Shown here: positions 58,005 through 64,000 of the stretch, piece by piece | Layout of the letters: the number at the start of each line of letters is the position of its first letter | Position numbering within the stretch: position 1 is the stretch's first letter | Assembly (NCBI GenBank): GCA_965216785.1 | Contig: OZ244197.1 | Span: 2,144,001-2,208,000, forward strand | Source of the DNA: Thermodesulfobacteriota bacterium | GTDB taxonomy: Bacteria > Desulfobacterota_D > UBA1144 > Nemesobacterales > UBA2774 | Direction: 5' to 3' | Length of the DNA stretch: 64,000 bases | Made by a program: the position numbers and the translations under genes | The notes under the pieces: generated by a model | What the model saw: the letters and a program-made list of their open reading frames with translations, nothing else | What the model was told of the DNA's origin: nothing | Database searches by the model: none

Positions 58005-59435
58005 TTAGACACCGGTTATTTTTTCTACCAGGGATTTGCGCTCGTCTATGTCGTATTTGCGCATGATTTCGAGCCTGGTAGCTTCGGGCGAGCCACCGCC
58101 CGAGATGCTGATGACGGAGTACCAGCCGCCCTGATAGGAGGCCACGATGTCTTCGAGCAGTCTTGCGATTGAGATTCTGTAGTCGGCGGGAATATCTTCA
58201 CGGCCCTGCAGGTAGCGGTTTAACCTCTCGCCGATATCGGGGGATTCCATGTCTTCGGGGTAGGGGGAAGCTACCAATATTCCGCCCGATGTATCCTGGG
58301 CTATCCTATACATATCGTATATATGGGTTCCCTGCATCAGTTTGCCGATGTTGGAGTAAATGGGGTCGGGCAGAAAGTTGCCCGCGCGTGTTTCACTGCC
58401 GAACACGGAGGAGGTGACTCCACAGGCGTAAAAGGATTCTACATACTTAATGAGGTCTGCAATCTTGTCGCGTACATGCCCTGTCTTTTGGGTGTCGAGC
58501 CCGTTTGCTTCAGCGAGCGAGCATGTGGCGCCGATGAGCATATCGCCAAGACCCGCGCGCGCTCCGATACAGCTAAGTCTGTGGTGGGTGGCGAAGGATT
58601 CGGTGAGCGAGCCCGCGAGCTGCCATTCTCCCGCGAGGAAAACCCTGTCCCAGGGTACGAGCACATCGTCAAACAGAATCTGTGCCGTCGCCTGCCCGTA
58701 ACGAGAGGAGAGAGGAGCGCCCGACTGACCCGGACGTCCCGCCTCTCTTGAGACAAGCTCCACGCCGGGAGCGTCTATGGGAACGGCGAATGAGACAGCG
58801 TAATCACTGTCCTCCTGGGTCATATTGCGAGTGGGGAGGACTATGATTTCATGAGTATACGGGGCGCCGGTTACGATGGCCTTAATGCCCCTGACTACTA
58901 TGCCTTCCGCGTTTCTTTCTACTATCCGAAGGTAAAGATCGGGGTCGTGCTGCTCGTGAGGGCGTTTGGTCCTGTCGCCCTTGGCGTCTGTCATGGCGAC
59001 GCAAGTGGTTAGGTCGTCCTCCTGCACTTGTTCTAGGTAATTCAGAAACTTTATGTGATAGTCAGTGCCGAACTCAAGGTCGATGTTGTGAGTACACTCG
59101 TAAAGCGCGTTCAGCGCGTCGTGGCACAGATAGCGCTGGGCGCAGCCCGTTTCCCTGCACAGGAGCCTTGTCATCTCGAGCTTCTTAAGCAGGTCGTCCT
59201 GAGATGTGTTTATGTGAAGGAGACGGTTTACGGTTTTCCCGGTAATGTGGGAGGTCGCCGTCATAATGTCCTTGTGCTCGGGCAAAAGGGCGTATTCGTA
59301 AGTGAGAGAGATGGCGTTTATTCCGGGTTCAAGAAGCGGCTCATCAGCGACGCTCTGTACTTTATTGCCCCTGATATAGACGGTAGGATGAAGCTCCCTT
59401 AGGCTCTCGACAAATTCTTCAGGTGTTTTCAGCAT
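58005..59435 (-). CDS. 4-hydroxybutyryl-CoA dehydratase / 4-HPA 3-hydroxylase family flavoprotein
   Basis: AMTDAKGDR, DPDLYLRIVE, GIVVRGIK, FDDVLVPWDRVFLAGE, GGGSP. Confidence 0.88.
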   Translation of the reverse strand: MLKTPEEFVESLRELHPTVYIRGNKVQSVADEPLLEPGINAISLTYEYALLPEHKDIMTATSHITGKTVNRLLHINTSQDDLLKKLEMTRLLCRETGCAQRYLCHDALNALYECTHNIDLEFGTDYHIKFLNYLEQVQEDDLTTCVAMTDAKGDRTKRPHEQHDPDLYLRIVERNAEGIVVRGIKAIVTGAPYTHEIIVLPTRNMTQEDSDYAVSFAVPIDAPGVELVSREAGRPGQSGAPLSSRYGQATAQILFDDVLVPWDRVFLAGEWQLAGSLTESFATHHRLSCIGARAGLGDMLIGATCSLAEANGLDTQKTGHVRDKIADLIKYVESFYACGVTSSVFGSETRAGNFLPDPIYSNIGKLMQGTHIYDMYRIAQDTSGGILVASPYPEDMESPDIGERLNRYLQGREDIPADYRISIARLLEDIVASYQGGWYSVISISGGGSPEATRLEIMRKYDIDERKSLVEKITGV

Positions 59436-59486
59436 GAGCTATCTCTCTTAAAAAAGATAGTCTCATATAGGGCGCAGGATGTCAAT

Positions 59487-59595
59487 CTATATTGGTGTTG
59501 ATCCTAAACCCGTTCATTCTTCGACAGGCTCAACGTGAACGGGTTTTGTTTAGTGCCCGGATTGGAGGAGATTGCCGCGCTTCGCTCGCAATGAC
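59487..59595 (+). repeat. Composite REP direct repeat, right copy
   Basis: Matches 57863-58002. Confidence 0.85.
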
Positions 59596-59683
59596 AGGAT
59601 ATAGACCGGAAAGGATTGGCTTATTGTGATGACAATCGTATATAATAGTTCTTCGATTGAGACTATGGAGGTTAGGTAATCAA

Positions 59684-60448
59684 ATGCTGGATTGGTTGAA
59701 TAGACTGTTTAAAAAGAGGCCGGTGACTGAGGAAAAAATGGAAGAGAGAGTCTTTCTCGAAGGCCCTCATTCGAGGCTGCGTGAGCTATGGTTCCTGGTC
59801 CGTGTGATGTGGGGGTTCCTTTACGGATTCCGCTCCTTACATTTTGTAGGCCCATTGGTAACGGTGTTCGGCTCTGCAAGGACCGAGGAGGACAGCCCTC
59901 ACTATCAAAACGCCGTTAAAGTCGGGGGAGAGCTCGCGAAGATGGGGTTTGGGGTAATGACAGGCGGCGGGCCGGGGATAATGGAGGCCGCAAACCGGGG
60001 GGCTAGAGAGGCCGGGGGAAGGTCGATCGGCTGTAACATCAGGCTGCCGTTTGAACAGGAGCCTAACCCGTATCTGGACGTGATGCTGGATTTTAACTAT
60101 TTCTTTGTGAGAAAGGTGATGCTGCTTAAGTATTCTTACGCCTTTGTGGTTATGCCCGGAGGGGCGGGCACAATGGACGAGCTCTTTGAGACCATAACAC
60201 TAATACAGACAAAGAAGATATTTAACTTCCCCGTAATCCTGATAGGGAAAGAGTATTTCGCGGAGCTAATGGACTTTTTAGAGCTTATGGTAAAAGAGGG
60301 TACTATAAGTCCCGAAGACCTTGACCTTTTTATGGTTACAGATTCGATTGAAGAAGCTATGGCGCATATAAAAGTCAATATTGTAGATAAGTACGGTCTG
60401 AAACTTAAGGAAGTACCTAAGCCTTCGAGAGTGCTGTTCGAGCGTTGA
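59684..60448 (+). CDS. LOG family nucleotide monophosphate nucleosidase
   Basis: VFGSAR, TGGGPGIMEAANRGA, FFVRK, PGGAGTMDE. Confidence 0.93.
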   Translation: MLDWLNRLFKKRPVTEEKMEERVFLEGPHSRLRELWFLVRVMWGFLYGFRSLHFVGPLVTVFGSARTEEDSPHYQNAVKVGGELAKMGFGVMTGGGPGIMEAANRGAREAGGRSIGCNIRLPFEQEPNPYLDVMLDFNYFFVRKVMLLKYSYAFVVMPGGAGTMDELFETITLIQTKKIFNFPVILIGKEYFAELMDFLELMVKEGTISPEDLDLFMVTDSIEEAMAHIKVNIVDKYGLKLKEVPKPSRVLFER

Positions 60449-60632
60449 TATATTACTAATTGAGAAATATTAACCAAGATGTTTAGCTCTTAAGTATGTA
60501 AGGCGGTTAACATTCATTATATATTCACACTTGCCGGGATAGCGAACTTGCGTATTGCTGATCGGCGGCTGAATGTTGTATATTGGTATTCAGAGCTTTT
60601 ATACCCCTAAAATGTATTCCCGGGAGGATCAG

Positions 60633-62099
60633 ATGCGGTATATAAAAGACCTGAGAGAGTATTTAAAGACGCTAAATGAGCTGGGTGAGCTTCAGGAAAT
60701 TGATGAAGAAGTAGATTGGAGTCTAGAGATCGGGGCTATAATAAGAAGAGCTTATGACCTGCGCGCTCCGGCCCCGCTGTTTAACAAGATAAAAGATATA
60801 GAGAAAGGGTTCAGGGTGCTTGGCGGCTCTGCGGGGTTAAGCAGGCAGGATGGGCTTAAATTCTGCAGAATTGCGACATCGCTTGGATTCAAACCCGAAG
60901 CGGGAGCTAAGGAAATCGTAAATACGCTTGCCGATTCATTTACCGGAAACGGGATTGCTCCGAAAGTGGTTCCTGACGCATTGTGCCAGGAGAATATTAT
61001 GGCGGGAGAGGAAGTAGACTTGATGCGGCTGCCGGCTCCCCTTATACACGGCGGGGACGGCGGGCGTTATTTAAACACGTGGGGAACGATCGTAGTACAG
61101 ACACCGGATAAATCTTGGACTAACTGGTCAATCGCAAGGATTATGCTGCTCGACAGTAAACGTATGACCGGGCTTATACCTCCGCAGCAGCACCTGGGCA
61201 TCATTCACAAGATGTGGAAAGACAAAGGAGAGCCTACGCCGTTTGCGCTCGTTCTGGGCGCGCCGCCCGCAGTGCCGTTTTTCTCCGGGACCCCATTCCC
61301 GACATATGTGAGCGAAGGGGAGGTACTGGGCGCACATTTCGGGGAGCCGGTGGAAGTCGTTCAGTGTAAGAGCGTAGACCTGCAGGTTCCTGCCGGGTCT
61401 GAAATTATTATTGAAGGCACCATCTCGGAGAATGAGACTGCAGAGGAAGGGCCGATGGGTGAGTTCGCCGGGTACATGGGTGAGCACGACACTCCTCAGC
61501 CTGTCTACGACGTGAGCGCTATAACTTACAGGGACGAGCCTATATTGCCGGTAGTAAACGCGGGCGCGCCCGTAGAGGACACGCAGACCTGCTGCGGTAC
61601 TATGTATTCGGCAGCGGTGCTCACCGAGCTGAGAAAGCACGGTTTCCCGGCGGATTCGTGCTTTCTGACATTTGAGAGCGCGGTTCACATGATGGTGGTT
61701 ACGGTGGAGGAGATGGAGCACACGCACGCAAGCGCAAAGAAGCTTGCCCACGAGGCAAAGGAGATTATCTTTAACAGTAAGCCCGGAGTGGATTTCCCTA
61801 AAGTAATGCTGGTCGATAACGATATCGACCCGAGTGATATTACCCAGGTGGTATGGGCGTTTGCTACCAGGGTTCATCCGCAGAACGACGCGCATTTTTT
61901 CGAGCATCAAAAGACACTACCGCTGCTTCATTATTTAAACGCCGCGGAGAAAAAGGACATGAGCAGCACAAAGGTGATATACGACGCGCTGCTTCCATCG
62001 TTCGATAGAACAAAAATATCGAGCTTTGAGTATACATACCCTAAAGAGCTGCAAAACAAAGTTCTCAAAAACTGGGGGAAGTATGGGTACGGGAAATAA
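60633..62099 (+). CDS. UbiD family prFMN-dependent (de)carboxylase (Fdc-like)
   Basis: DLREYL, HGGDGGRY, NWSIAR, EGPMGEFAGY, WAFATR. Confidence 0.92.
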   Translation: MRYIKDLREYLKTLNELGELQEIDEEVDWSLEIGAIIRRAYDLRAPAPLFNKIKDIEKGFRVLGGSAGLSRQDGLKFCRIATSLGFKPEAGAKEIVNTLADSFTGNGIAPKVVPDALCQENIMAGEEVDLMRLPAPLIHGGDGGRYLNTWGTIVVQTPDKSWTNWSIARIMLLDSKRMTGLIPPQQHLGIIHKMWKDKGEPTPFALVLGAPPAVPFFSGTPFPTYVSEGEVLGAHFGEPVEVVQCKSVDLQVPAGSEIIIEGTISENETAEEGPMGEFAGYMGEHDTPQPVYDVSAITYRDEPILPVVNAGAPVEDTQTCCGTMYSAAVLTELRKHGFPADSCFLTFESAVHMMVVTVEEMEHTHASAKKLAHEAKEIIFNSKPGVDFPKVMLVDNDIDPSDITQVVWAFATRVHPQNDAHFFEHQKTLPLLHYLNAAEKKDMSSTKVIYDALLPSFDRTKISSFEYTYPKELQNKVLKNWGKYGYGK

Positions 62100-62137
62100 T
62101 TCTTGCGGATGAGACCCCTATTTATTTGATCTGGCGT

Positions 62138-62635
62138 TTAAGCGGCAAGCTTTTTTCTTCTTAATACTATAAAGCCTATTATCCCCAGAACTCCGGCCAA
62201 TGCCATGAGTCCCCAGTGCGAAAGCGCAGGGATGGGCCGCGGAATGCCCTGCCATATTTTTATAGCTGTGTCTGAGGGTATCTCGATTTCAAAATCATCA
62301 TCAGACATTGAGCCAAAGGCGATTATTGAGTCTATACCCGCTGTCTCGCTTGTATAGGTCCAGGTAACCTGGCCGAGCCCGTTTGTTCTGCAGCTGTCGG
62401 GAACACACTGTCCGCTGAAAGGAACGCTCTCTGTGCCTTCGTTAGGTCCTTCAACTACCCTGAAAATTATCAGCTCATTTACTATTGGAGTGCCGTCTTC
62501 CTCCTCGGCAGTGGCTGTAAGCGTATGCGGCTCGCCGAGCATGTTAACCGCGCTATCCGGTTCCAGATCTATGCAGGCGCTGACTGTAAGCAAAATGACA
62601 ATCAGGCTAAAAACCCTGGTTAATTGTAATCTCAT
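62138..62635 (-). CDS. IPTL-CTERM protein with Ig-like (Big_1-type) domain and N-terminal lipobox-like motif
   Basis: VSAC; TNGLGQVTWTY; IPALSHWG-TM-RRKK. Confidence 0.85.
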   Translation of the reverse strand: MRLQLTRVFSLIVILLTVSACIDLEPDSAVNMLGEPHTLTATAEEEDGTPIVNELIIFRVVEGPNEGTESVPFSGQCVPDSCRTNGLGQVTWTYTSETAGIDSIIAFGSMSDDDFEIEIPSDTAIKIWQGIPRPIPALSHWGLMALAGVLGIIGFIVLRRKKLAA

Positions 62636-62767
62636 ATAGTGGAAAATCCTCCTTTATCCTAATAGCCTCAGTTGCCTCTTTGGATAGTTATCATATAACA
62701 ATCCCAAAGGTTGTAAATACCGGTGTTTGGATTAAGAAGGGAGATTGATGAAGTTTGAGGCTATGGA

Positions 62768-63595
62768 TCAGTATGAGTCTTTTACGTTTCTCGGCATACT
62801 GAAGTAGCCCTTTTCTATCTTGGGGTTTATTTCAATCGACGTTACCTTGAATATTTCATTCTGGGGTACGCCTTCCAGCTCGAACTCATAATAATAAGCG
62901 ACCTTTATGTCTCCGGTCTCAATGAAGTCGCCTATGCGCGTAGTTGATTTAATGCTCTTATTTTTTATTGAAGTCGTTCCTACGACCATAAACGGCAGAT
63001 ATGTTTCCTTGTCCAGATAATATGTATCTACCGAGCCGTTACTGAATGTAACTTTGATCTTGTATCCGGTTCTGTCCTCAATCTCTTCTTCTCCCTGATA
63101 CTCAAGATCGATGCCTTTGTCCTTAGAATTTACGAGAGGACCGTCGAAATCGCAGGTATGCTTGAGCTCCTCGGCTCTTTTGCCTTTAAGCTCTGTAGGC
63201 TCTTTCTCTCTGGCTGCTATTCCTTCCTGCCACGGCGTGGTCCCGTCATATGATTCTACAAAATTCATCATATCCGCCTTAAAGTCCAGTCTGCACAAAT
63301 CTGGTCTCTTATATACTACGGTCGTTTTAAAGACAGTTCCGAGTGACTGCATGTTCCCGGAAACTTTAAGACTGTCCATCTGCTCCCAAGCCTCTTTGCC
63401 GCCTATCGCCTTTCTGTAGTTTTGAAGAATTGAGTCTAGTTTTTCGGCGTTCTCGGAATTTTTGCCCTCTTCCGCGCCGCTCTGCGCAATCTCCTGGGGT
63501 GAGCTCTGGGCACGCGCATCGACCGCCGTCCACAGGGAAGCAGTAGTAAAGGCGGTAAGCATTAGAAATAGGGCTGTTTTTAGATATTTGTTCAT
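62768..63595 (-). CDS. Periplasmic LolA-like fold protein
   Basis: Signal peptide; AIGGKEAW, YDGTTPW, YYLDKETYLP, IEINP. Confidence 0.75.
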   Translation of the reverse strand: MNKYLKTALFLMLTAFTTASLWTAVDARAQSSPQEIAQSGAEEGKNSENAEKLDSILQNYRKAIGGKEAWEQMDSLKVSGNMQSLGTVFKTTVVYKRPDLCRLDFKADMMNFVESYDGTTPWQEGIAAREKEPTELKGKRAEELKHTCDFDGPLVNSKDKGIDLEYQGEEEIEDRTGYKIKVTFSNGSVDTYYLDKETYLPFMVVGTTSIKNKSIKSTTRIGDFIETGDIKVAYYYEFELEGVPQNEIFKVTSIEINPKIEKGYFSMPRNVKDSY

Positions 63596-63705
63596 TGAGA
63601 GTCGCTCCAGAGAGGAATTATGTGTATAGCTCAGATCAACATTATTTAGATTATAGGATAAAGTGGGAAATACAAGCGAAATTGCAGATCGCTGAAGTAA
63701 AAGAT

Positions 63706-64000
63706 TTAATCCGGTTTTTTGAAAGAAGACTCGCTGATGCGCGGGTTTACCTGGACGGTCTTGAAGATCACCTCTTCTGTGCCCGGTGAGCCTACAATAT
63801 CGAAATCTAGTTTAGAGGGGATTACTAGTTTGCCGATTTTCTTATAGTCAAAATAGGAGGTTGTAACTTTGTGCTCCAATCCGTCGAGCTGATAGACGCC
63901 GTCGAGTCTAAGGGGGAGGAATGTTTTAGAGTCCAGGAAATATGTCTGCACGTTACCCGTTTTGTATGTGATCTTTAATTTGTAGGTTTCATTTCCATAG
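63706..64000 (-). CDS. Paralog of 62768-63595, 5' end beyond the window
   Basis: YKLKITY..TYFLDSKTFLP..VQVNP; frame open to the window edge. Confidence 0.7.
   Translation of the reverse strand, partial: YGNETYKLKITYKTGNVQTYFLDSKTFLPLRLDGVYQLDGLEHKVTTSYFDYKKIGKLVIPSKLDFDIVGSPGTEEVIFKTVQVNPRISESSFKKPD

Overview
Bacterial chromosomal window of moderate GC, rich in secreted and surface proteins. The expanded IPTL-CTERM family and general style suggest Ca. Dadabacteria (Desulfobacterota_D), but this is inference only. Ordinary content: cyclase, alpha/beta hydrolase, acyl-CoA ligase, frmA-fghA, three SGNH hydrolases, TetR plus three SDRs, glutamine-synthetase-like, redoxin, 4-hydroxybutyryl-CoA-dehydratase-like, LOG and UbiD genes, and several paralog arrays (3 SnoaL, 4 DUF3617). 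At ~14.9-21.5 kb is a phage-type regulatory/replication module (RelE/HigA TA, cI, cro/ner-like, O-like initiator with internal iterons, Mor-like tail) with no integrase or virion genes. The most striking unexplained signal is a ~390-nt non-coding element present three times (25.7, 27.6 and 35.5 kb). It is densely hairpinned, shows compensatory and G-U changes favouring the + strand, and is a candidate novel large ncRNA or non-autonomous element. Other notable items: a stand-alone promoter / 10-codon ORF / terminator unit at 30.3-30.5 kb, a non-palindromic 48-50 bp repeat family at four loci, REP elements inserted in frame into a signal peptide, twin sRNA-like 3' ends, and two coexisting C-terminal sorting signals. 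No rRNA, tRNA, CRISPR array or transposase was seen. All product calls are from motif recognition by eye; no database search was run.
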